Counted from the whole stretch's first letter, positions 27,533 through 40,187 are shown. The stretch is DNA of 63,166 bases, filler included, from Octopus bimaculoides (GCF_001194135.2; 5 parts of 4 records of this genome joined end to end with filler, not necessarily neighbours in it), one strand, 5' to 3'. Program-made: numbers and translations. The notes: generated from the letters alone by a model not told the origin.

Positions 27533-28122
27533 ATTGGGATAAGTTTACTCTTGACAATGAATCTGCCACAGATCTCGGGTCTGCACAAATTGAAAATTAA
27601 GATAATCCATTTATGAGTTACCTCAATTTTTTAAGGTATCCCATTTTAGTGACGCACTGGTAACAATAGACTGAATAGCTTTGCCTACATGGTTTTGTTT
27701 TCCGTTCAAATTACTCACTCACCAGGTTAGTAAGTAATACTCTTATCTATGGTTTCAGATACAATTTCATTGATGATATCTCTTGCATTTAATGTGTTTT
27801 TCCTATTTCTGCACATTCTAAATATATTCACTTTTAACAAATCTCCACATTTTAAGTCATAAAATCGAATCCTAAAATGAATACCATTACTCCTTATTTA
27901 CCAGTTTTTATGTGCAGATATGAATGATTGCTGGACTTTGTCACAAATAGCCACAGCTGTATAAGTGACCTTAACACCAATTACATAAATATCTTAGTTT
28001 TACAACGTATATTGGCCAGTATATTTTGTCTTCATTTTTATTAACTTTTATATATTATGATTTACTTTTGTTGTGTTGTAAATAGCCATTTTTCACAGTT
28101 ATGGTTTATAAAATAAATGATG

Positions 28123-28285
28123 CCTTTTCAATGTTTAACCAAAAGGCCTTGGAAATCTATAAGTAGATTGTGGATATGTCCAAAGAACATTTAGACAAAG
28201 TTTTTTCTGAGATATTAGATAAATCAACATCGCGGTGAGAAACACAAATAAGGTGCAAGGCTGTCCAACTCACTAACTCAGCAAG
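28123..28285 (+). repeat. 163-bp direct repeat, copy 1 (copy 2 at 29294-29456)
   Basis: 162/163 identity by eye; the only difference is aaag versus aagg. Confidence 0.95.
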
Positions 28286-28899
28286 TTTTTAATATTTTTA
28301 TGACGGTTTCTACATGCCATGTAAACTGATGCTCATACACTTACATCATCAAAATAAATTTGATATTGTTTCTGTTCAGCAGTGGGCGGTTCTATTGGCT
28401 GTAAATTGAAACAGTATTACATTACTATTTTCAAACAGTGGGTGGGTGAGGCTGGAATCAGAGCAATTCATGCTAGGGATCCGATGTAATTGAGAACATA
28501 AAGTTCGGTCAATGTTGAACTGGTATAAATGTTTAATCATATAATAATTAGCCCATCCTTTAATGTATTTCAGAGCCAGATCAGGCATTTGGCAAAATCG
28601 GTTCAGGCCAATATTGAAACTTCTCAAGTTGAACAACCATACATCAGCCCAACCTCATTTTCATATCGGGCCAATGCTGCCTTGATGTGAATATGACATT
28701 GGGCCAATGTCAACCTCATGTAAGAGACCAAAATCTCACATCTGCCCAACATCGGGGAATATGTCAGCCTGATGTTGCACCGTGTTGCAAAATGAGATTG
28801 GGCCGAAATCAAACTGACACAATTTCCGATGTAGGGCTGATATAGGTAACAACATCGATTTGATATCGGTCTGATACGGTTTTGTTGGCTAGGTCATTC

Positions 28900-29500
28900 C
28901 CTGTACATATTACTAAGATGGCAACAATGGACAGGTGATTGACTGATTGGATTCTGGGATCATTCAGAACATGGGGGAAAAGGAAACCGTGTTGCTCCTA
29001 TGGAGAGCATTCATGCTCAGTCACCTGGATTACTGTTCCCAGTCATGGTTGCCATGAAGTATCAAATTAATGACAGAACTCAAGGCAATCCAATGCCACT
29101 TTACCAGGATTGTCTCAATCTCTAGAGACAAGACATGAAAGATATGCTTTCTGAAAGTTCTAGCACCCAACTATGTGATTGAAAGCTGCATCAGTCACTG
29201 GACTGGATGCCTTTGCATTGTACCAAAGATCCTGCTATCTCTGTCCAGAGTACAGACCCAATACTGTAACAGATTAGGGCTCAAAGGCCCATACCTTTTC
29301 AATGTTTAACCAAAAGGCCTTGGAAATCTATAAGTAGATTGTGGATATGTCCAAGGAACATTTAGACAAAGTTTTTTCTGAGATATTAGATAAATCAACA
29401 TCGCGGTGAGAAACACAAATAAGGTGCAAGGCTGTCCAACTCACTAACTCAGCAAGACTGACTCTGGAGAAAGGGCAGGAAACTGAGTCTAAAATAAACA
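28900..29500 (+). mobile_element. Degenerate CR1-type LINE 3' fragment
   Basis: Translation includes AFMLSHLDYCSQSW, ELKAIQCHFTRI and GPYLFN, typical of the CR1 ORF2 C-terminus. Confidence 0.7.
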
Positions 29501-30628
29501 AGCATTAACATTAATGGAGGTGCCCTAACATGGCTACAACCTCTGACTAACTGAATCCAATAAAAGAAAGACTAAAAAATGTAGATATTCTTTGATTCCA
29601 TTCTGTTACTTATTTCAGTCACTTGATTGCAGCCATACTGGAGCACAGCCTTAAACAGTTTTAGTCAAACAAATCAATCCCAGGACTTATTTCTTAAGCC
29701 TGGTACTTATTCTATAAGTATTTTATTCTATAGGTACATATTCTATAGGTATATACATACATACATACATATATATTAGTTGAATAGCCTGTCATTGCCT
29801 GGCAATTTTTACAATAGATTGTCTTATATAATTTTTTGTTTATTCCATGTCAGACCATGCCTTCCCCGACAGATAAACCTCTTAATCAGGAGAGATTTGT
29901 GCAATTTTTCACCAAAAAACTTCATTGAGAATTTAAAAAAAAAAAATTACTTACATGTCTGTTCGACTGTTTCACATGACTTTATTCAATAAACTTCAGA
30001 AGTTCTTACAATTTCAGCCACCATAATGCTTTGCTTTTGTTTGTTTAATAAAAATTCCTCCTCCAAATGATTTTGCTTTCATTTTGTGATAGACAGCTCT
30101 CATGTAGAAAATGCCAGCTTCCAAATTTTGTTTTCTGATTAGGTAAAATTGATTAAATTTTAAACTTGAGTAACATTTTTCTGCAACTTTTCTGGAACAG
30201 ATAAATAACAAAATCGGATTTAGTGTGGAAAATTATTTCAATATACCAAATTTGGAAATTTTGATGTAATTTTAAAATCTCACAATATGTGACAGCAACA
30301 GGAAAGATCCTACTAAAAGTAGAGAGGCAGACAGTTATAGGACGTCACACACACACACTTACAAATGTACACACGGGTAATCACGAGTTTAAAATGGTAT
30401 ATTGTTGACATATGTATGTATGTGTGTGTGTGTGTATGTGAGTGCTTCTTTGCAATGGACAGCAGAAAAGCTACCTACCTCCTCTCTCCTTAAAGCTGCA
30501 TATTCCTCACTCCCTTACTGTGTGTGAGTGTGTGTTGTATCTATGTATTTAAGAAAGAATGTATTCAGTGTCACCTGCATATGACAGCTGTAGTAACATT
30601 AACATTCCATTGTCACCGCTGTTCTTAC

Positions 30629-30685
30629 CTTCACTGGTTTGTTATCTGGTAATAACCTCAAAAGGAAGGGTTGCTCAAATTTCAA
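30629..30685 (-). CDS. Candidate small exon LKFEQPFLLRLLPDNKPVK (57 nt, phase 0/0), or a 17-nt microexon (x)NKPVK from the inner AG
   Basis: Acceptor ttttttttcttctattAG, strong donor AAG|GTAAGA. The inner CAG gives an exon start at 30645. Confidence 0.4.
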
Positions 30686-31079
30686 CTAATAGAAGAAAAA
30701 AACTCAAAAGAATGTTTTTTTTTTTCCTAATGAAAAGCTGTTTTACCATTGTGTCTAGTTGAACTCCAAATTTATTTTTGTTATATTTTCATGTTAAAAC
30801 TAATTGTTAAGTTTAACAACTATCCTTTTACCCTTTTACTAGTTTCAGTCATTGGACTGTGGTCATGCTGGAGCACCACATTGAAAGTTATTAAAGTTTA
30901 ACCAGAAAGTACTTCCGAATTCACCAGTGAAATACAACCACGACGGAAAAAACATTTTCAATTAAATCACTTAAGCATTTTCATCAGATACCCGCTAAAA
31001 GTAGTCACACAGGAAAATTACATTCTTAAATTTTCACTGAATTCCTCAATTCTACTGAAACAACAAAACTTAATAACTT

Positions 31080-31760
31080 CATTTCCCTTTCTATCTTTGT
31101 CAGATTGCTGTGACTATGATATGGCAATAGTTACTCTTGATCGAATCTTTGTTAAACAGAAAAATACAATCAGTTGCAGTCACAAAAACTGTAACCAAGT
31201 GAAGACATTGAATTTATGTCACAATTCTGTGTAACTGTTGGTATATATTGAGACGAGAACTTTAGAGATTCATTTATTCTTGGGATCGTCTCCGACTATA
31301 TACAACTCCTCCTTAGAAATTAACTGAATTTGAAATAGTTGCCCAAACTTGTTCTCTGAAAGCTTCTCAGAGAAATGCAGGGGATTAGCAGCCTCATTAA
31401 AGATTTCAAATGTCACTCGTCAATAATTACCACATTGACACTGAAAAGTTTGGTTCAACAAACATGTGAAAGATAGCAGTACAGCATGGATTGAGTTATT
31501 TGCAGAACTGGAAAGTATCAGAAAGATACACCCAATAAAGCACTGAAGACTGTTATGAAATTCTTATGGTTACTTCCAGTACATATGCATTATGATATAC
31601 TTTGATTAAAAACTGACAGCCTGTGATTTGCAATAAACGCAGACATGCTTGTACTTGTGCTTCAAGGATTACAGGTCATCGTTTTGGCAATAATTTCTCA
31701 CCATAACACTTATTAAAGTTAATCTTCACAAATTTGATGTGAATGGAATTGTAATAAAAA
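31080..31760 (+). mobile_element. Possible hAT transposase 3' relic
   Basis: Remnant LKTVMKFLWLL(P)STY resembles the hAT dimerization region. Very decayed. Confidence 0.3.
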
Positions 31761-31954
31761 AAAAAATAACACAAACTTACTATCTACTTTCTTCCAAACT
31801 TGTTTAAAAGGTAAAATATATTTTACTCTTTTGGTTTCATGATAAAAAGTTTAATACAACAAAAACTCCAAGCAAAATAAGTCTTCTTCGTCCCTAGACA
31901 TCCCTAGAGTTGAAACCAAGAAGAATGAGGTCCATAATAAGTATTATACTGAAT

Positions 31955-33152
31955 TTTTGAATATTAGTTTCAAATTCCGGCACAAAGCCAGCAATTTCGG
32001 GGAAGGGATGAATTGATTACAGTGACTCCAGTACTTATTTTAAAGATGTTTAAATATTAGTTTCACATTTTGGCACAAGGCCAGTAATTTCAGGGGATGG
32101 CATAAGGATTACATTGATCCCAGTGCTCAACTGGTACTTATTTTATCGATACCAAATGGGATGAAAGGCAAAGTTGACCTTAGCAGTATTTGAACTCGGA
32201 ACGTGAAGGAGGACGCAATGCCACTAAGCCTGGTGTGCTGATGATTCTGCCAGCTCACCGCCTTTAGATGTTTAAATATTGATTTCAAATTTTGGTACAA
32301 GGCCAGCAATTTCGGGGGAGAGTTAAGTCAATTACATAGACCCCAGTACTTATTTTATCGACCCTGAAAAGAGGAAAGACAAAGTCAACATCAGCGGAAT
32401 TTGAACTCAGAACTTAAAGATGGATGAAATGCCGCTAAGCATTTTGTCCGACGTGCTAACGATTCTGCCAGCTTACCGTCCTAGGATGTTTAAATATTCT
32501 TTTCTGCTCTAGGCACGAAGCCCGAAATTTTTTGGGGAGGGAACCAGTTGATTAGATCGACTCCAGTGCGCAATTGCTACTTAATTTATCAACTCGAAAG
32601 GATGAAAAGCAGAGTCGACCTCGGAGGAATTTGAACTCAAAAAGTAATAATAGACGAAATATCGCTAAGCATTTGGCCCGGCGTTCTAACGTTTCTTATT
32701 TCTTTATTGCACACAAGGGGCTAAACATAGAGGGGACAGACAAAGGGATTAAGTCGATTACATCGACCCCAGTACGCAACTGGTACTAAATTTATCAACA
32801 CCGAAATGATGAAAGGCAAAGTCGACCTCGGTGGAATTTGAACTCAGAACGTAACGGCAGACGAAATACCGCTAAGTATTTCGCCCGGCGTGCTAACGTT
32901 TCTGCCAGCTCGCCACCTTTAAATATTCTTTTCTACTCTAGGCACAAGGCTCGAAATTTTTGGGGAGGGTGCCAGTTGATTAGATCGACCTCAGTACGCA
33001 ACGAGTACTTAATTTATAGACCCCATAAGGATGAAAGGCAAAGTCGACCTCGGCGGAATTTGAACTCAGAACGTAAAGACAGACGAAATACGCTAAGCCT
33101 TTCGCCAGGCGTGCTAACGTTTCTGCTCGCCGCCTTACCATGTTTAAATATT
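31955..33152 (-). mobile_element. Head-to-tail array of ~5 Meta-type SINEs, including a dimer
   Basis: Repeated ggatgaaaggcaaagtcgacctcggcggaatttgaactcagaac, with monomers separated by atgtttaaatatt. Confidence 0.9.
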
Positions 33153-33891
33153 AGAAACAGATTTCGTTGAGTTTGAAACTTATTTCCTAAAATTATTCCC
33201 CCGTCTTTTTTCTTGTGTTTATATAGTCTTTATAAAAATATTTCTCTCATAAAGAGAAATAACGGCTACTGAAACTATGCCCATCTGTACAAGATCACAA
33301 AATGGTTGTAAATATCTGATGCCTCATATCTGACAGCCATTAACACTCGTAATGTTCTGATTTGAAGAGGATTCAAAATAGCAGCGTAATCCTCATTCGT
33401 TTGTTCAGGTTTGAATCAGGTTATGATTTCATATAAGGCTGAATTTGTTTTCTGTTGCTCCTATTTATAAAGAAGAAAATACTTTAATCTACAGCCCTAG
33501 AGGTTATTAAATAAACAACCATGGCTGACTGATTGGTCTGTAAATGCTGGGAGGGTTTTAAATTAAGAGCGGCTTACATGTCATTAAATGGCGATAATAA
33601 AAATGAGCAGGAAATATGTTTCTTTTCTATTTCTAAACAATTACGTAAACACAGGAAGCTGCACAAAGTGACTTAATATTGACAATAGAACACGAATAAT
33701 TACTTCTGAATTATTTTAAATATTAAAACATATCGTTAGGAAAAATTAGAGATAGTACTATTAACTTATCGATAAACTAATTGATTTTTTAAATACTACG
33801 AAATTAGTTAGAGTCATCAATTACAACCTTAATCCTAATATTCTCTTTTATACAATGGATCTACTACATACAATTACCACTACCATCACTG

Positions 33892-33924
<33 letters not shown>

Positions 33925-33986
33925 GGACGTCATAGTTACAATCGGTTCAACTTGTTACAAATAGATTCTTTCTCAAATCATACTTC

Positions 33987-35044
33987 GGATCTTTTCAGTC
34001 TGACCGACAAATTTTTTAATTAATTATTTTTTTAGTTAAACACTTTGAAACTTCGGATACTGGTAGAATGTGTCACACAGAACAGAGTTTACTCTTAACG
34101 TTTTTGACGATAATGCAAGTTTATATTATTTTATAATGTTCGCTTAGGAATTCATTACTTCTAGAAAAGAATAAGACAAAATGGTCATGGCTGGAACGCC
34201 TTTTCTCGCAGATCCATTACAATCAGTGCTTCCCTGTGATTAAAACAATATTCTTCACTGAATGATGAAGCAGCTAAAGTTAAAGAATAAAAGATAGCAA
34301 GTATTCATATTCCAGATATTGGGATTCCCTTATAAAATGATATAAACTTGCATTATTATTTTTTTCTTCTTGAAGACGGAAATTTCATTTTTCTTTTTGT
34401 TAGGAAGATTTGGTTGCTCTTTCTAGCAACTCGAGCGACCAGGTAAAGGCTCTCTCGTTCCCTTCATCACTTGTTTAGTCCCGAGTTGGATCTGATTGAA
34501 CAGATATGATCAAAGATGTCCCAACTGTGACCATTCCGTCTTTCTTCCCTGACATAATGGACTCTACGTGTATACCACAGGATAGAGGTTTTTCTACTCT
34601 GTATATAGAAAAAGTTTGGCTACTTTTTCTAGCAGGTCATGCAACCACCTACAGGCTCCGTCGTTGGTGTCTCAGTAATGATTTTGTTATTATTTAATCT
34701 CAAATCAACCCAGATACAGCAAACCTATGTTGCTATGAAAACATCTCTGGTTAACAAAGAAGGGTTTTGTTAGGGGAGTGAACCCGGAAGTTGTTCGCAA
34801 ATAGCAACAGTAATTTTCTTCAGTTGAATACACGTCATTGATTGGTTAAAATTACCCAATTACGACAACTTTAACACGAAATAACTTCTAAAATACAAAA
34901 TTTTGTCAAAAACGGTAAGAGTAAACCCTGTTCTATGTGACACATTCTACCAGTATCCGAAGTTTCAAAGTGTTTAGTTAAAAAAAATTAATTAAAAAAT
35001 CTGTCGGTCAGAATGAAAAGATCCCATACTCTACTGCCCTTTAA
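33987..35044. mobile_element. ~120-bp inverted repeat arms of a Kolobok-like non-autonomous element
   Basis: 33987-34108 is the reverse complement of ~34905-35024 (about 90% by eye). The right end is ctgcccTTTAA; the left terminus is not intact. Confidence 0.65.
34185..34273 (-). CDS. Candidate phase-1 exon (x)ASSFSEEYCFNHREALIVMDLREKAFQP*
   Basis: Acceptor tcttttattctttaactttAG. Phase 1 is the longest open frame. Confidence 0.25.
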
Positions 35045-35334
35045 AAGAAATATAACATGTTGAACGATGTGAGCTGAAAAGACCAATTGGTTATTGCCCT
35101 TTGATCATAATTCGACCTGCTCTAACCTCTGGCAAAACAATAACTAGCGTTGTTTAAATATCTTTCTCTCTCTTTATCTGTCTGTCTCTGTCTCTCTCGC
35201 ACTCTTTCTCTCTTTCAGATACACATGCACACAACCCTATAATCAATCAATACAATATATTCATACATAAATGAAGTAGCGGATGAGCAGTATTTAAGAA
35301 TGTGTTTTCAGTCCAGCTCGTCAAAAGGTGCTGT

Positions 35335-35468
35335 TTATTGTTCACTTTGTACTTTGGTGTCCAGCCGATGTGACAAGTTATTTTCACTGAGGATGGCTTT
35401 AATGATGGAGGGTGCGATGAGGGAAAACGACAACTCGTGAACAAAGCCAAATCGACAAAGATTTTGTA
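35335..35468 (-). CDS. Candidate phase-1 terminal exon (x)QNLCRFGFVHELSFSLIAPSIIKAILSENNLSHRLDTKVQSEQ*
   Basis: gaatttcAG acceptor, 43 open codons, stop overlaps AATAAA. Another frame is also open, so the reading is ambiguous. Confidence 0.3.
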
Positions 35469-36541
35469 CTGAAATTCAATCTTCCATTGAAGGAAACTTC
35501 TCGTGACAAGAATTCGGAAAAAATAAGTACAAGAAAACAAGTATTTCTGACTGAAGTATTGCTATAGACGTAGCAGTGTTTCTAACTGAGAACGGCCTGG
35601 AATTTAAGATTAGTATCGACATCATAGGATCCAGGCATAATGGAATTTATTTAGGAATTATGGTACTTGTTCTACAATTCTATTCATTTTTTGTGGTTCC
35701 CCTTAAAGAATTTAGTCGAAGTAAAAAGTTATCAACCATCTACGAAGGATTCTGTTGATGGTAAAATATGTTAAGAATTATACCGCGACAGAACTTTAAA
35801 CTGTCAAGTACATATCAATTTGTGTAGTTGCAACACTGAGTCATGCTAGCCAGATAACAATCATTGTGCGAAATGCTTCTGGGAAATCGCTAGAAAGTCT
35901 TTTAACTTCATAGTGATTGGCTCATTTCTTAAGGCTGAAGTGCTGACTATATATCTATTAGGAAAAAGGTATTCATTTTAAAGTCTGAAGGAATCTACAC
36001 CGGTATGAAAGCTTGAAATAGATTAGAATAGAAACCCACCAGTAGACTTCTTTTCCTGTATTGCTCACTCAGTGACTTTAAGCTGTGTTGGAGCGGTTAA
36101 ATATATGGGGTTCATACAAAGCTTGTACACCTTTTTTTTTATGTGTCACCACACCGATGGGCAAATTTAATGGAATCTTTGGCAAGAAAATACAACAGTA
36201 CGAACTTTGAAATAAATGTTAAATGTTTCGATGTTTAGCAGAAGCTGATGCTTTTGAAACCCTCGTAGATGAATACAACTGCATTCAGTGACGTGGAACA
36301 AAAGACCTGAAACATGATTTAATAGCGCAACTGAAGTTTTTATTAAAGGCAGTGAGCCTGCAGATTCGTTAGCACGCCGGGCGAAATTCTAATCGGTATT
36401 CCGTCCGTCTTTACACTCTGAGTTCAAATTCCACGTGGTTCGATAAAATAAGTAACAGTCGAGCACCGGGGTCAATGTAATCGACTAGTCCCCTTCCCCC
36501 AAAAATTTCAGGGTAGAAAGGATCATTATTATTATTATTCA

Positions 36542-36860
36542 GATCAGATCAGCTCGGATTGTGCGAGCACTGATAGTGAAAAAGGGAAGTGGCACACTGT
36601 ACCACCAACAAAAAAACGAAAAAGAAAGACAAAAGAAACAATTGACAAAGAGGGGAGGCGCGAAAAAGGTGAGCTTCCCAACATCATCGGCAACAACAAC
36701 ACACACTCACAACAAATAGCAACACCTTCTCCACCGCAAACACCAGCACTCACACACACCACAAACGTAACAGCCATCAACACAAAAAATGAACACTTAT
36801 TAGACTTCTTAAAAAACAGTACAAATGCAAACACCACAAACTTCATTATACCCTTACACA
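36542..36860 (+). mobile_element. Probable LINE ORF1 N-terminal fragment
   Basis: 106 stop-free codons up to the gap: DSEKGKWHTVPPTKKRKRK..., a W-x-x-V/KRKRK pattern common in LINE ORF1 N-termini. Confidence 0.5.
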
Positions 36861-36960
36861 NNNNNNNNNNNNNNNNNNNNNNNNNNNNNNNNNNNNNNNN
36901 NNNNTTAATTAATTAANNNNNNNNNNNNNNNNNNNNNNNNNNNNNNNNNNNNNNNNNNNN

Positions 36961-37012
<52 letters not shown>

Positions 37013-37949
37013 TTATACATGAATTCAAGCACACAACGAGTGCGAGTGTTTTTCAGTAGCAAAAGACGCAACTAATTCCACTCCAACCCTGAACCTCATC
37101 TCTAAAAGAATTGTCGCCATGATTGATCCCCAACGACCCTTCTCTCTACGTAACTGATATAGAAAAGAAAAAGAAAGAAAGAAAGAACGAAAGGAAGAAA
37201 GAGGGTGAGAGAGAAAGAAAGGAAGAAAAAGCCCACCTTAGGATTTGATTTATGCTTTCCCGCCCATTGCTTAAAGAATGAGATGTGAAGTTGATATTAC
37301 TTGAAATTGAACTTGAAATTGAACTAAATTGAGTCGAAACAGATATTGCAGTGTTGCCAATACGACACTTATACATACATACATACAAACATACATACAT
37401 ACTCTTTCTCTCCTGTCTGTCTATATATATAATATAAATATGTCTGTAATATAATGTGACAATTATTCGGTTGCTATAATAAAAAGCGGAGTTTAGGATA
37501 TATATATATATATAAAGAAAGAATAAGATAAAGAGACCAATGGCAAAGTTAGAATTATATTTTATGTATACTTTATACATAAAATATAATTCTACCAAAT
37601 CCACTCACTTGCCCAAGGTGCCACGTAGTGGGACTGAACCCGGAACCATGTGGCTGGTAAGCAAGCTACTTACCACACAGCCGTTCCTACGCCTATAGTT
37701 TCATAAACTAAGGAAAATTTTTCTTCAAAGAATTTTTTCCTATACATGATAGGTATTTATTCAACTGTGGTTTAATAAATAAGGATATATTTCTTTCATT
37801 TCAGTATTTACAAAGAACTTTTTTTTTTCTATCTTTCGCTGATAACGAAGTTTCTGAGCTCGAAATAAAAACTGAAACATTTAAATTTCGTTAATCAAGT
37901 TATTAATGTAGGCGTACGTCCGTATGTTTAAGTGTATATCTATCTATCT

Positions 37950-37985
<36 letters not shown>

Positions 37986-37986
37986 A

Positions 37987-38031
<45 letters not shown>

Positions 38032-38134
38032 TTTCTGTCTGTCTGTCTGTCTGCCAGCCGACCGACCTACCTACCTACCTACCTACCTACCTACCTACCT
38101 ACCTACCTACATACCTACCTACATACCTACCTAC

Positions 38135-38174
<40 letters not shown>

Positions 38175-38789
38175 ACACATATATATATGAAATAATGAAG
38201 TGTTCTAAATATTTTCTGCATATCAATATTTATTTTCCCATTTCAGAAATGATAAAATAAAATTGATTCAGATGACGATAATTGACGAAAATTGGAAATA
38301 GAAATTGAATTATTGCACTGTTATCGAATATTTCACTCTTGGCTATGTCACAGGAAAGCTAGGATTTACGTAAAAAGTGCTTAACAAAATCTCCCTGCCT
38401 ATGTAGCAGTTATGTATCACGTCATTGAGGGAGAAGATTCCTCGAAGACACATCGCAGTCATGACGGCTTGTGGATGCGACCGTCAAGAGAAGCGCCATC
38501 TTTGATTAATATGTACATACCAGTTGCCAGGGATTTGCTTAGTGTGTAAAATCTGTATATCTAATTGTGTTACACCGCGAAATTTAGTGACTATTTAAGC
38601 AATGTGTTTGTTTGTGGATGGTTAACGGGTTGAATGCTGTGCTGAAGAAAGGAGATAGGACTCCTAAAATATGCATATGCACCCACTATCAACATTTTTC
38701 AAAATCTCCGATCGCATTGTTTACGTAGACGTATTCGTATAGAAATGTCGAAACTGTCAGTGCTGTCTCTAATTTCTTTAGAAAATCTC

Positions 38790-38960
38790 TATAGATAACT
38801 TTAAAAAGCGATTATTGTTGAGTGGCTTTTAAAAGAAGATCGGGGAGTGACGATGCGTGAGATAGCGCATAACCTGGGAGTTGATTTGGCGATAGTTAAT
38901 AGAATCACTCATGAACATTTGAGTATGATGAGTGTACCTGCTCGTTGGGAAGCAATTATA
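38790..38960 (+). mobile_element. Mariner transposase N-terminal fragment
   Basis: DRGVTMREIAHNLGVDLAIVNRITHEHLSMMSVPARW matches the mariner HTH region leading to the WVP motif. Confidence 0.7.
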
Positions 38961-39120
38961 CTGACTCTGGAAATGACGTGCTGTGGTGCCTGCTACTCTG
39001 CGAAAAATTATTGGGTCATGCATAAGAACTGGATTGCGTTGAAATGGTAGTTAATTACGTGGATCTCTCATTGTGACCTTAAGAGAAATGAACAATCCTA
39101 GTAAAACAATCTAATCTTAA

Positions 39121-39550
39121 AGGCGGCGAGCTGGCAGAAACGTTAGCGCGCCGGGCGAAATGCTTAGCGGTGTTTCGTCTGCCGTTACGTTCTGAGTTCA
39201 AATTCCGCCGAGGTCGACTTTGCCTTTTATCCTTTCGGGGTCGATAAATTAAGTACCATTTACGTACTGGGGTCGATGTAATCGACTTAATCTCTTTGCC
39301 TGTCCTTGTTTGTCCCCTCTATGTTTAGCCCCTTGTGGGCAATAACGAAATAAGAAACGTTAGCATGCCGGGCGAAACTCTTAGCAGTATTTCGTCTTTC
39401 TTTATGTTCTGAGTTCAAATTCCGCCGAGGTCGACTTTGCTTTCATCCTTTCGAGGTCGATAAATTAATTACCAGTTGCGTACTGGGGCCGATCTAATCG
39501 ACTGGCTCCCTTCCCAAAAATTTCGGACCTTGCGCCTAGAGTAGAAAATA
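39121..39550 (+). mobile_element. Dimeric Meta-type SINE
   Basis: Full monomer plus a 5'-truncated monomer joined at aaataag|aaacgttag. The same architecture occurs inverted at 32495-32919; a similar dimer lies at 59275-59672. Confidence 0.9.
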
Positions 39551-40143
39551 ATGATTAGAAAGCAGTGGTCAGATGAGCCGTTCAGATGAGGAGTTTCATT
39601 TGAATGTCATTAAGCAACTTCACAAGCGATATGGAAAATGTAATGAACACTTGAAAAATTTGTCGGAAAACAAAACATAAATGGAAGAAATGTCAGTAGC
39701 CCCGTCATTAAATGTGTTAGGAACAAATCTTTTCGAACACACCTTGTATATGTATACTTATAGTTGCCTGCATGCATACTTAGATGCATACACGAGGGTC
39801 CCAGCTGATCCGATCAACGGAATAGCTTGCTCGTGAAATTAACGTGCAAGTGGCTGAGCACTCCACAGACAGGGGTACCCTTAACGTAGTTCTCAGGGAG
39901 ATTCAGCGTGACACAGAGTGTGACAAGGCTGGCCCTTTGAAATACAGGTACGACTCATTTTTGCCAGCTGAGTGGACTGGAGCAACGTGAAATAAAGTGT
40001 CTCGCTCAAGGACACAACGCGCCGCCGGGAATTGAACTCACGACCTTACGATCATGAGCCGAATGCCCTAACCACTAAGCCACACGCATTCACATATATA
40101 ACTATTTACATATACACATAGAATACTCATCTATACCTCTTTT

Positions 40144-40187
<44 letters not shown>

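Larger units (their letters stand above)
21870..28893 (+). mobile_element. Decayed CMC-EnSpm (CACTA superfamily) DNA transposon, left end not identified
   Basis: Transposase relic, spliced accessory-gene remnants, a repeat-rich subterminal region at ~28600-28890 and terminus ttgttggctagg at 28893. Confidence 0.7.

Noticed and set aside
30014-30196. 58-codon minus-strand frame after a good acceptor
   Set aside because: Phase 2, AT-rich, no donor and no recognisable motif. Kept as a counterexample showing such frames can arise by chance.
37236-37323. Minus-strand exon candidate SISSSISSNINF..QILR with donor GTGGGC
   Set aside because: Weak pyrimidine tract, low-complexity internal duplication, and a phase (2/2) that fits no neighbour.
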